Source: Alphaproteobacteria bacterium (lineage in GTDB: Bacteria; Pseudomonadota; Alphaproteobacteria; CALKHQ01). Taken from it: DNA of 64,000 nucleotides. The notes under the pieces are model-generated. The model was not told the DNA's origin. It did not search any database and saw nothing but the letters and a program-made list of their open reading frames with translations. The stretch spans positions 2,880,001 to 2,944,000 of the forward strand of contig CBDDFZ010000001.1 of the NCBI GenBank assembly GCA_965227515.1. Reading direction: 5' to 3'. The translations under genes were made by a program, and so were the position numbers. The first letter of the stretch is position 1, and each line of letters begins with the position of its first letter. This document shows positions 22,301-30,088 of the stretch, in pieces.

Positions 22301-25300
22301 ACGGCATTGCCGTTGCCACCCTGGCCAACGAGGTCGCGTACGACCGGGACGGGCACCCGGTGGCGCTGATCGACGCCGATGGCGGCCGCCATGACATCGC
22401 CTGGAACGCGGCCGAAGACGTTGTTTCCGTGACCGATCCCTCCGGTGACCCGACGCTCTTCGAATACGATCCGCGCGGCCTGATGACACGCATGACCAGT
22501 GTCGGCACCGACACGGCCACCGGTGCGACGTCGGTTGTCAGCCACAGCTTTGCCCACGATGCGCTTGGGCGCCTGACCTCGGCGACCGACGGGCTCGGCA
22601 ACGCCGATCGCTACACTTACGACGGCCGCAACCGGTTGACTCAGTTGGAGCGGCCCGCCGGCGTGATCGAGGAATATGCCTACGACCTGGCCGGCCGCAT
22701 GACCCAGCGGCGCATCGCGAGGGTGCGCCCCAATGGCATCCCGTTGTCCGACGTGGTCGAGCTCGTCGGCTACGACCTTGCCGGACGGCCCGTGCGGCTG
22801 CGCGATGGCGGCGGCAATGAGATCGAAATCACGCGCGACGCCATGGGGGATGCGACCAGGATCGACCTGCCCGACTTCACATACGCTCAGTACGAATACG
22901 ATGCCGCCGGCAACCCGATACGCGTGCAAGACGGCCGCGGAACGGTCGTCGAGATCGATTATGACGGCCTCAACCGGCCAGTCCGCCAACAGGTCGTAAC
23001 GGCAGCCGGCGCGCTCGGCGCCACCGATGAAGAGTTCGAATACGATGCGACCGGCAATCTGGTGCGGGCGGAAAATGCCAGCCACGTTGTCGAGCGAACC
23101 TTCGATTCGCTGGGCCGGCTGCGCAGCGAAGAGGTCGATGGACGAACCGCCACCCGCACCTATCGCGCCAACGGCTTGCCCCGGGACCTGGCCTATCCGT
23201 CGGGGTTCCGGTTACGCGCCAGCTTCGACGACGCGCATCGGCTGCGCGACCTGAGTATCGTCTCGGCCGGCAGCGGGTTTCCAGGTGGAGCGTTGCCGCC
23301 GGACCCGCTGCTCCACTGGGACTATCGGGCCGAGGTTTTCCCCTCACGGCTAACCACAGCCGGCGGCGCCGAGCAGCGCATCGGCTACGATGCCGCGGGG
23401 CGAGACTTGGAAATCGCGGTCGCGACAACGGCGGGGCCGGACGAGCACCTGGTCAATCTGCGTGACGGGTTTGGGCGCATTCGCATGCGATTGCGCGACA
23501 GCCTTCACACCACGGCGGCCAGGTACGAGAGTACCGGCTGGCTCAGCAGCGTTGCGCAAGGCGCGGCGCCCGCACTTCCTGGCCTCTCCAATTGGCGGCC
23601 GACCGGCAACAGCGCCAACCCCAACCCGGCGGGCGATCAGAACTCGCTCAACGTGCTGGCGGCGAGCCTGGATCCCGCCGTACCTGACCGCAGCGACGAC
23701 TACGCCTACGACAGCCGCGGCAACCGAACGTCGCACACCCGCGCGGAAGGTGGCGTGGACAATACGGTGTCATGGACCTACGACGATTCAAGCCGGGTGA
23801 CATCGATGTCCGGCGCGTCTGTGACCTCCGACGGGGCCGGCAACGTGCGCGACGACGGCGTACATCGCTACAGCTATGACCACGCCGGGCGGTTGACCAG
23901 GATTGAGCCCACCGGTGGCGGTGCGGCTCTGGTCGAGATCAGCCGCGACGCGTTGGGCCGGGCGATCGAGGTGACGACGCCGTCTGGCACCCGTCGCCGG
24001 TTCTACGCGGTTCTCGACCTGATCGAGGAAACGACGGCGACCGGCAGCTTGCTGGCGCTCTACGTTCCCGGCACCAGCATCGACCAGCCGCTGGTTGCCT
24101 TCGCGGGCGGTGACGTCGCGTTTGCGCATCAGGACTCGGTCGGCACCGTTTTCGCGACGACGGACCGTGACGGCCGCCTGCAGCACCGCTATGTGCGCGA
24201 CGAGTTCGGGCAGGTGCTCGGCACTCTGGCGGCGGATGGCTTGCCGCTGCCAGCAGGAACTGACATCTACCCGTTCGGTTTGCAGGGCCGCGATGCCTGG
24301 ACCGACGATCCGATCGTCGTCGATTATCGTGCCCGCGTGATGCGCGCCGATTGGGGTCGGTTCCTGCAGCCCGATCCATTGGGGCTGGCCGGCGGCGCGA
24401 ACGTCTATCAGTTCGTTGGCAACAACCCGCTGCTGTACGTTGACCCGACGGGCGAGCTCGCGTTCCTGCTTGCAGGCATCCTGGCGGGTGCGCTGATCGG
24501 CGGCGGCGTCGCGGCGTGGTTCAACCGCGACAAGTCCGGCTGGGACTTCTGGGTGCCGGTGATCGGCGGGGCGGTGGGCGGCGCGGTGATGGGGTCCGGC
24601 CTGGGTCTGGCCGGGTTCGTTGCCGGGGGCGCCATCAGCGGCGGTATCGTTGGCAGCTATGAGGGCTACAAGGCCGGTGGCGTGAAGGGGGCGATAATCG
24701 GCGGCACCTTTGGCACCGTGTTCGGCGGATTGGCTGGGGGCGTCGGCGGCTCGGTCGGGCGCAGCGTCACAACGCGCTTTACCGGCCAGATTACCAACAG
24801 CCTGATCGGGCGGATGTCGGGCCAGAGCGCCTATGCCGTGGGCTCCTATGCCGGTGCCGGCCTTGGCGCCGCGGCGGGCGGCGGCGCTGGCGGCGGCATC
24901 AATGGCTTCGGCAATGGCGTGGGGCAGTCGCTCGCCGCCGGTCAGGATGTCGGGGATTCGCTGCGCAATGGCGCAAACGCCACGCTGCCCGGCGTTGGCT
25001 ACGGCCTGGCAACCGGCGTCGTCTCCGGCGTCGGCACCAAGGGCCTGATGCAAGCGGGCAGCTACCACGGATTCAAAGGCGGGCCGACCTGGCTCAGCGG
25101 TCGGAACAGCCGTGCCGGCGTCATCGGCGCCGAGGGCGAGTTCTTTGTCGGCCAATCCATTGGGCAGCGTGCCAACACCGCGTTCCGTACACCTGGCGGC
25201 AAGATCCCGGACTTCTGGGGCCGCGTGCGCGCGGAGGTCAAGAACACCGCCAAGGTGCCGACGCTCAACCAACAACGCGGGCAATTGCGGCAGTTCATTG

Positions 25301-25470
25301 CCGCCAATCGTGGTGCCGGGTCGGACCCGTTCCAGCTCTTCCTGCGGCCGGGTGTGACGCCGCCGCCGCGTGGCGGGGTGATGGGACAGGTCAATGCCGG
25401 CAATCTGGTGCTGCGGACGATCCCGCACTACGCCTATCCGGCGCTGGCGAGCCTGCCGCTGGGCTGCTGA
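19348..25470 (+). CDS. Rhs/YD-repeat protein (2040 aa) with C-terminal PD-(D/E)xK nuclease-like toxin domain
   Basis: DUF6531-like GEPVALSSG..DL..TRIYSNQ..FGAKW, many YD repeats, core end GRFLQPDPLGLAGGANVYQFVGNNPLLYVDPTG, Gly-rich hydrophobic segment, tip GAEGE..GKIPD..EVKN..QLRQF. Confidence 0.92.
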   Translation: MGYLPHPHYAEQDPNNSEVIHFYETHYSDDRDDWTQIGFGTLPDGLTWDEWVEGFENNEGVPLENFVPVDPDAGEGDGDGLPAGGEGDGDELPGDGEGDGGAGGTVGDSGDGDGDAGDGDSGDGDSGDGDSGDGDSGDGASGDGQGDGGQGDGQGDGGGGGTGAAGEGTGVQDSFIAFCKALMEDYESALDNLNDLGEQVPSGGGEDAAAEAIGISEEIGDLAGVLEDLNSETEALTSALGRGQLALNGLHDSVGGIDGGDILSDTPSVSIQQFEEPPEFAETGGEPVALSSGAFQNVTVDLVIPSVGVDFDVTRIYSNQVYNAGSFGAKWDVWFDANVRELSSGLVYLWSGQARGWFLSPDGPNDYDGGVGFRHRFVRAGGGWELRDRTGFVWVFDGDGHLSERRDRFGNFIRVNRNGDGLIVGLEDTNGRTLTVSRDTAERVTEIADWTGRVWQYDYDGQVLSAVTLPATTDHPGGRVIRYSYDSPGPPQMRANLVSIDSPVGSELVANIYGTSVDGFNKVIEQDFAGDDHQFEYEVVNDDIDAEVVNRHQLSHRTTHTDGRGIVHIHEFNVFGGLLETRTLSQGIATNAPSNWRFAFQYDTLLHNQEIVLPGGSILRFNYDLGAGDPLARHDILQIRHVPSDGGTHAVHRFEYGAFGQVTRFEDPLGNVFEIDVDNMGRPTRYTGPSAELATGGSHTPIVDTVYDARGQIVSIASAEGVTHSFEYEGGGQNAGRLVRQRRNGTQIAQYDRDALWRVTGYTDEAGHLFTLQWDAADQVTMELGPTGTHVRRRYRYDEAGSLVAVGERNINENGVVGFPVFVETTFERDVRGRVTAVHQPIESGVSAETLIEWDADNRIVEVIDPEGVSTRWVWDERGLIHERITAAGTSREAVERFAHNLDGLISSYADPNGNARSYAYDGYLHNASMQSPDGTTARWAFDRAGRLTRADVEDGAGILRERHRFDYDALGRVMRVRQRVIEPDGIAVATLANEVAYDRDGHPVALIDADGGRHDIAWNAAEDVVSVTDPSGDPTLFEYDPRGLMTRMTSVGTDTATGATSVVSHSFAHDALGRLTSATDGLGNADRYTYDGRNRLTQLERPAGVIEEYAYDLAGRMTQRRIARVRPNGIPLSDVVELVGYDLAGRPVRLRDGGGNEIEITRDAMGDATRIDLPDFTYAQYEYDAAGNPIRVQDGRGTVVEIDYDGLNRPVRQQVVTAAGALGATDEEFEYDATGNLVRAENASHVVERTFDSLGRLRSEEVDGRTATRTYRANGLPRDLAYPSGFRLRASFDDAHRLRDLSIVSAGSGFPGGALPPDPLLHWDYRAEVFPSRLTTAGGAEQRIGYDAAGRDLEIAVATTAGPDEHLVNLRDGFGRIRMRLRDSLHTTAARYESTGWLSSVAQGAAPALPGLSNWRPTGNSANPNPAGDQNSLNVLAASLDPAVPDRSDDYAYDSRGNRTSHTRAEGGVDNTVSWTYDDSSRVTSMSGASVTSDGAGNVRDDGVHRYSYDHAGRLTRIEPTGGGAALVEISRDALGRAIEVTTPSGTRRRFYAVLDLIEETTATGSLLALYVPGTSIDQPLVAFAGGDVAFAHQDSVGTVFATTDRDGRLQHRYVRDEFGQVLGTLAADGLPLPAGTDIYPFGLQGRDAWTDDPIVVDYRARVMRADWGRFLQPDPLGLAGGANVYQFVGNNPLLYVDPTGELAFLLAGILAGALIGGGVAAWFNRDKSGWDFWVPVIGGAVGGAVMGSGLGLAGFVAGGAISGGIVGSYEGYKAGGVKGAIIGGTFGTVFGGLAGGVGGSVGRSVTTRFTGQITNSLIGRMSGQSAYAVGSYAGAGLGAAAGGGAGGGINGFGNGVGQSLAAGQDVGDSLRNGANATLPGVGYGLATGVVSGVGTKGLMQAGSYHGFKGGPTWLSGRNSRAGVIGAEGEFFVGQSIGQRANTAFRTPGGKIPDFWGRVRAEVKNTAKVPTLNQQRGQLRQFIAANRGAGSDPFQLFLRPGVTPPPRGGVMGQVNAGNLVLRTIPHYAYPALASLPLGC
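19678..19818 (+). repeat. Imperfect 15-bp coding tandem repeat (GDGDS/GDGQG) in Rhs N-terminus
   Basis: Run of GGCGATGGCGATTCC-like units. Confidence 0.8.
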
Positions 25471-25557
25471 CCGGTCACGTCCTGGTCGGATCAGGCTTCA
25501 TCACCACGGGGCCAAGCCCGCCGCGGTGAGTGCAGCCTTGCAGATCGTGCATACGTT

Positions 25558-25614
25558 GTGAGCGCAGGAACAGGGCGTGAGCGCAGGAACAGGGCGTGAG
25601 CGCCGGACCAGGGC
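25558..25614 (+). repeat. 3 x 19-bp tandem repeat GTGAGCGCAGGAACAGGGC
   Basis: Two identical copies (25558-76, 25577-95) and one with 2 mismatches (25596-614); no spacers. Confidence 0.9.
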
Positions 25615-25666
25615 TGCGTATCAAGACCCTGTGCCTCGAAACCGCCGTTTGGACCGAGCTCGATGC

Positions 25667-25759
25667 TCGGCCCTACGCCCCCAGCAGGCGCTGGTAGGTC
25701 TCGCGGACGGTCTGGCGCACCTTCTGCGGTTGCTCGTCCAGCGCCTGGGTCAGCGCCTT
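25667..25759 (-). repeat. 93-bp direct repeat, right copy (functional 3' end of cbpM)
   Basis: Matches 15454-15546 with one mismatch. Confidence 0.95.
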
Positions 25760-26011
25760 GAACTCGCGGCGCATGCCGTAGAGCTGGTCGAGCAGCGACA
25801 GCACAACCGGCACGGCGTCGTCGTTCAGGTTCATCTCTTCCTTCAGTTCGCAGACCAGGCGGACGCGCTCAACGTCCAGATCGTCGAACCTGGGGCCGGA
25901 GGTGCTTGTCGCCGGCACCACCCAGCCATTGCGCACCCACAGCCGCAGCCGGCGGAGCGTGATGCGGTCGACCTCGGCGACGACCTGGGTCTCGGTCCAC
26001 ATGGTGGTCAT
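25673..26011 (-). CDS. cbpM: Chaperone modulator CbpM (MerR-like)
   Basis: LRLWVRNGWVVP..FDDLDVERVRLVCELKEEMNLN..VVLSLLDQL; ATGA overlap with the cbpA stop. Confidence 0.88.
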   Translation of the reverse strand: MTTMWTETQVVAEVDRITLRRLRLWVRNGWVVPATSTSGPRFDDLDVERVRLVCELKEEMNLNDDAVPVVLSLLDQLYGMRREFKALTQALDEQPQKVRQTVRETYQRLLGA

Positions 26012-26955
26012 GACGCCCTCCCGAACGCGCCGCGCGGGTCGTAGTGGTTCTTTTCCCGCCACGTCTGCATGAACGCCTCAAGCTCCGGATCGATCCGGCG
26101 CGGCATAACCACCTTCAGCACCACACGCTGGTCGCCGGCGCCCGATTTGGCCTTCACGCCGCGCCCCTTCAGCCGCAGGGTATCGCCGCTGGTGGCGCCT
26201 TTCGGCACCGTCATGCTGACCCGACCGCCGATGGTCGGCACCTCCACCTTGCCGCCCAGCACCGCCTCGTCGATGGAGATCGGCACCTCGACCACGATGT
26301 CGTTGCCGTCGCGGCTGAACACGGCGTGGGGGCGGACGGTGATGTCGATCAGCGCGTCGCCGGCGGGGCCTTCGCCCAGCCCGGCACCGCCCTTGCCCTT
26401 CAGCCTGAGGGTGCTGCCGTCGCGGGTGCCGGGCGGGATCGTCAGGTCCAGCGCATTGCCGTCGGGCATGGTGATGCGTTGCTTGGTGCCGTTGACGGCG
26501 TCCAGGAAGTCGACCTCCAGGTGGTAGCGCGCGTCCGCTCCACGGGCGTGAAAGCCGTGCCCGCCCTGCGCCCCGCCGCGCCGGCCGCCACGGGCCTGGG
26601 CCCGCTCGCCGAACAGGTCGGAGAAGATGTCGGAATAGTTGGCGAAATCCTCGAACCCGGCGGAGCTCGCATAGCGCTGCCCGCCATCGCCCTCGGCATA
26701 GTGGCGATAGCGCGGCTGCTGTGCGCGTTCCGCACCCGAGGCATCGATCTCGCCACGGTCGAAGCGCGCGCGCTGCTCGGCATCGCTCAACAGATGATAG
26801 GCAGCCGACACCTGCTTGAATCGCTCCTCGGCCGCCTTGTCGCCGGGGTTCAGGTCCGGGTGCAGCTCCTTGGCGAGCTTGCGGTAGGCCTTGCGGATAT
26901 CGGCCTCGGACGCGGACTTCTCCACGCCCAGTACGGTGTAGGGATCGTCAGCCAC
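26008..26955 (-). CDS. cbpA: DnaJ-class chaperone CbpA
   Basis: J domain DPYTVLGV..HPDLNPG, C-terminal DnaJ_C (LRLKGKG, LRLKGRG), no Zn finger; paired with cbpM. Confidence 0.9.
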   Translation of the reverse strand: MADDPYTVLGVEKSASEADIRKAYRKLAKELHPDLNPGDKAAEERFKQVSAAYHLLSDAEQRARFDRGEIDASGAERAQQPRYRHYAEGDGGQRYASSAGFEDFANYSDIFSDLFGERAQARGGRRGGAQGGHGFHARGADARYHLEVDFLDAVNGTKQRITMPDGNALDLTIPPGTRDGSTLRLKGKGGAGLGEGPAGDALIDITVRPHAVFSRDGNDIVVEVPISIDEAVLGGKVEVPTIGGRVSMTVPKGATSGDTLRLKGRGVKAKSGAGDQRVVLKVVMPRRIDPELEAFMQTWREKNHYDPRGAFGRAS

Positions 26956-27058
26956 CTTGCCTCCACTCCCGAAAGTGACGTGCGCGCACAGTCGCCCGCA
27001 TGGCGATGTGGCGCAACGGAATCAACCCAATCATATATGGGTAAGGTGCCGGGAGGCG

Positions 27059-27286
27059 TCACCCGGCCTTCGGCGTATCGGCGGATTGTTCGTCGTCGCC
27101 CCGGTGCTGCTGTGCGCTCTTGGGCACGGCGACCTGATCGGCCACGCTGTCGTCGTCGATCAGGATGCGATGGGCCGCGCCGTCCAGATCCTCGAACTGG
27201 CCCGATTTCAACGACCACAGGAAAGCGCCCAGGCCGACCAGGCCCAGGAACAGCGCAATCGGAATCAGGAAGAGCAGTTGGTCCAT
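27059..27286 (-). CDS. ccoS: cbb3 oxidase maturation protein CcoS
   Basis: LIPIALFLG..FLWSLKSGQFEDLDGAAHRILIDD. Confidence 0.93.
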   Translation of the reverse strand: MDQLLFLIPIALFLGLVGLGAFLWSLKSGQFEDLDGAAHRILIDDDSVADQVAVPKSAQQHRGDDEQSADTPKAG

Positions 27287-27290
27287 TGTG

Positions 27291-29519
27291 TCAGCCCAAC
27301 TGGCGCTGGCGGGCCAGCCGCAGCGCGTTGCCGACCACCAGCAGCGACGACGTCGACATGGCGACCGCCGCCACCAGGGGCGTGACGTACCCCGCCATCG
27401 CCACCGGCACCATCAACGCGTTGTAGCCGAACGACAGCCAAAGGTTCTGCCGCACCAGCCGGTTTGCCCGACGCGCGGTCTCCAGCGCAACCGCGACTGG
27501 CGCCAGCCGCTTGCCCTGGAACACCAGGTCGGCGGCGGCCTGGGTGACCGCGATGCCGGAGGCCGGCGACATCGACGCATCGGCGGCGGCAAGGGCCGGG
27601 GCGTCGTTCAGCCCGTCCCCCACCATCAGCACGCGCGCACCCTGGCCGCGCAGCTCAGCGAGCGCGGCACACTTGTCGGCCGGTTTCAGCGCGGCGCGCC
27701 ATTGCGCGATGCCGACGGCCTCGGCGGTCTGCCGTACCGGCGCCGTCTGGTCGCCCGACAGCAGGCCGATGCGGTAGCCGGCGTCCTTCAGGCGGGCCAG
27801 GGTCTCGCGCGCATCGGGCCGCGGCGTGTCGGCGAACCGGAAGCGCACAGGCGCCGCATCGGGCCTGGACAGCCACAACTCCGGCGTTTCGGCCGGCGGC
27901 GCGTCGACGCCGCACCATTCGGCGCTGCCCAGGCGTATCTCGCCCTTCGGCGTGGAAAGGGCGATGCCCATGCCCGGTGTTTCGATCGCGGCCGGATCCG
28001 GCTTTGCCATGCCGGCGGCCTGGACGATGCCGCGCGCCAGCGGGTGCAGGCTGGCGGCCGCCAGCGGGGCCGCATCGTCCAGCGCAGTCGGGTCCGGCGG
28101 GTCGATGCCGGCGAGGCGCGGGGTGCCGTCGGTCAGCGTGCCGGTCTTGTCGAACATGATTGTGTCGATGCCGGCCAGCCGTTCCAGGGCGGCGCCCGAT
28201 TTCAGCAGCACGCCGGCGCGGAACAGGCGGCCGCTGGCGATTACCTGCACGGCCGGCACCGCCAGCGCGAGAGCGCACGGGCAAGTGATGATCAGCACCG
28301 CGGTGGCATAGAGCAGGGCGTCCTGCCAGGCGGCGCCTGCCAGCCACCAGCCGGCGAAGGTCGCCAGCGCCAGCACATGCACGACCGGGGCATAGGCGCG
28401 GGCGATGCGGTCGGCCAGAATGACGAAGCGCGACTTGCGCTGCTCGGCGTCGGCCAGCAATCGCACGATACCCGCCAGCAGCGTGTCGTCGCCGGTGGCG
28501 GTGACTTCGATGGCCAGCTGGCCGGTCCGGCTGATCGTGCCGGCGTGCACATGGGTGCCGGTGCGCGCCGCGACCGATGTGGTCTCGCCGGTGATGGCGC
28601 TCATGTCCAGATCGCTGGTACCGAACACCACGTCGCCGTCGACGCCGATGCGCTCGCCGGGCGCCACCACGACCGTGTCGCCGACCGCGACCGCCTCCGC
28701 CGGCACCTGGCGCACCTGCCCGTCGACAGTGCGCAGGGCGACGGTGCGGCTTTGCATCGCCAGCAGCATGTGCGCGGCGGAGCGTGCCTTGCCACGCGCG
28801 CGACGGTCCAGGAAGCGGCCGATCAGCAGGAAGAACACCAGCGCCGTCGCGCTGTCGAAATAGGCATGCTCGGCGCCGATGATGGTCTGGTGCAGGCTGA
28901 GCCCGCAGGCCAGCAGGACCGCGAGCGTGATCGGCACGTCCATGTTCAGGTGGCCGGCGGCCAGCGCCCGCGCCGCCGAGCGGTAGAATGGGCGGGCCGC
29001 ATAGGCGACCGCAGGCAGCGCGATCAGCGCCGATATCCAGTGAAAGAGGGTGCGCGTCTCCGCCGCCATGCCCAGGTCGTGGCCGGCCCAGATCGAGATC
29101 GACAGCAGCATCACGTTGGCGGCGGCGAACCCCGCAACCGCCAGCGCGCGGAGCAGGGCCTTCTGCTCGCGCTGGTCGCCGTCGTCGGCGGCGGCCGGGT
29201 CGAAGGGTGCGACGCCATAGCCGAGGTTGCGCACCAGCGTCGCCAGCCGGTCGGCTTCGGCAGTGGTGCCGGACCAGCGCACGACCAGATGGCGCGCGGT
29301 CAGGTTGAGGCGGGCATGCGCCACGCCGGGCGCGTCGTTCAATGCGCCCTCGATCCGGGCGAGGCAGCCGCCGCAGTGGGCGCCCTCGACCAAAAGATCG
29401 AGCTGATGCAGCCCATCGCCCAGGTCGCGTACAGCGCCCTGGACCGACTGCTCCGGCAGCTCGGCCGCCGGTTCGGGCCGTGGCCGTATGTCCCCGGTGC
29501 CGAGGACGTCGGTGCTCAT
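27291..29519 (-). CDS. ccoI: Copper P1B-type ATPase CcoI/FixI
   Basis: HCGGC metal-binding domain, TGET, TCPCAL, FDKTGTLT, VGDGLNDAP. Confidence 0.94.
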   Translation of the reverse strand: MSTDVLGTGDIRPRPEPAAELPEQSVQGAVRDLGDGLHQLDLLVEGAHCGGCLARIEGALNDAPGVAHARLNLTARHLVVRWSGTTAEADRLATLVRNLGYGVAPFDPAAADDGDQREQKALLRALAVAGFAAANVMLLSISIWAGHDLGMAAETRTLFHWISALIALPAVAYAARPFYRSAARALAAGHLNMDVPITLAVLLACGLSLHQTIIGAEHAYFDSATALVFFLLIGRFLDRRARGKARSAAHMLLAMQSRTVALRTVDGQVRQVPAEAVAVGDTVVVAPGERIGVDGDVVFGTSDLDMSAITGETTSVAARTGTHVHAGTISRTGQLAIEVTATGDDTLLAGIVRLLADAEQRKSRFVILADRIARAYAPVVHVLALATFAGWWLAGAAWQDALLYATAVLIITCPCALALAVPAVQVIASGRLFRAGVLLKSGAALERLAGIDTIMFDKTGTLTDGTPRLAGIDPPDPTALDDAAPLAAASLHPLARGIVQAAGMAKPDPAAIETPGMGIALSTPKGEIRLGSAEWCGVDAPPAETPELWLSRPDAAPVRFRFADTPRPDARETLARLKDAGYRIGLLSGDQTAPVRQTAEAVGIAQWRAALKPADKCAALAELRGQGARVLMVGDGLNDAPALAAADASMSPASGIAVTQAAADLVFQGKRLAPVAVALETARRANRLVRQNLWLSFGYNALMVPVAMAGYVTPLVAAVAMSTSSLLVVGNALRLARQRQLG

Positions 29520-30088
29520 TCCACGACCAGCCGGTGCTCGGCTCGATGGTGGTCGTCACCGTGGTCGATCTCGACCCGAATCTCCCACAGGCCAGCCAAC
29601 GGCAGGTCAACCGTCGCTTCGTATCGACCATCGCCGACAGCCGCCAAATTCGCCTCGATATCGAAGCCTTCGTGGATCGGGCGCCTGAGCGTGGCGGTGA
29701 CCGTGGCGTCGTCGAACGGCGCGCCGTCACGGTCGGACACCGTGGCGCTCACCAGCATCTGCAGGGTTGAGTCACCCGGCACCCTCGTGGCGCCGATGGC
29801 CACCTGCCAGCCCCTGGCGTTCTGCGCCGCGACCTCATCGAGCGTGCGGTTGTAGGTGAGGCCACGGTCGTAGGCGCCGTCGGTGGCCAGCCCGTTGAAC
29901 GAGCCCAATGCCAACGCGAGCATCACGCCGTTGACCGCGATCACGAGCAGGAAGCCGCCGACGATGGCCCAGGGAATCCAGCGGCTGCGGCGCGGGTCGA
30001 CGTCGTCGTCCTGACCATCATTTCGAAATGGGCCGCCGTATCGATTGGGGCCGCTATGTTGGGCCAGTTCATGGTCCATGGAAGACAT
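29516..30088 (-). CDS. ccoH: FixH/CcoH family protein
   Basis: WIPWAIVGGFLLVIAVNGVM, AYDRGLTYN, LPLAGLWEI; lies between ccoG and ccoI. Start uncertain. Confidence 0.88.
   Translation of the reverse strand: MSSMDHELAQHSGPNRYGGPFRNDGQDDDVDPRRSRWIPWAIVGGFLLVIAVNGVMLALALGSFNGLATDGAYDRGLTYNRTLDEVAAQNARGWQVAIGATRVPGDSTLQMLVSATVSDRDGAPFDDATVTATLRRPIHEGFDIEANLAAVGDGRYEATVDLPLAGLWEIRVEIDHGDDHHRAEHRLVVE

Larger units (their letters stand above)
15547..25666. mobile_element. Integrase-less genomic island bounded by cbpM 3'-end direct repeats
   Basis: 93-bp direct repeats at both ends, AT-rich segment at about 15750-16200, accessory cargo, position next to tRNA-Lys. Confidence 0.75.

Noticed and set aside
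25558-25614. Possible CRISPR array
   Set aside because: Repeats are contiguous with no spacers, and there are no cas genes in the window.
25577-26044. 155-aa plus-strand ORF as Rhs immunity protein
   Set aside because: Starts in the tandem repeat and is mostly antisense to cbpM.
27165-29855. 896-aa plus-strand ORF and similar long ORFs opposite ccoG, aspS, Rhs and the ABC genes
   Set aside because: Antisense to well-supported genes; expected at high GC; no motifs.
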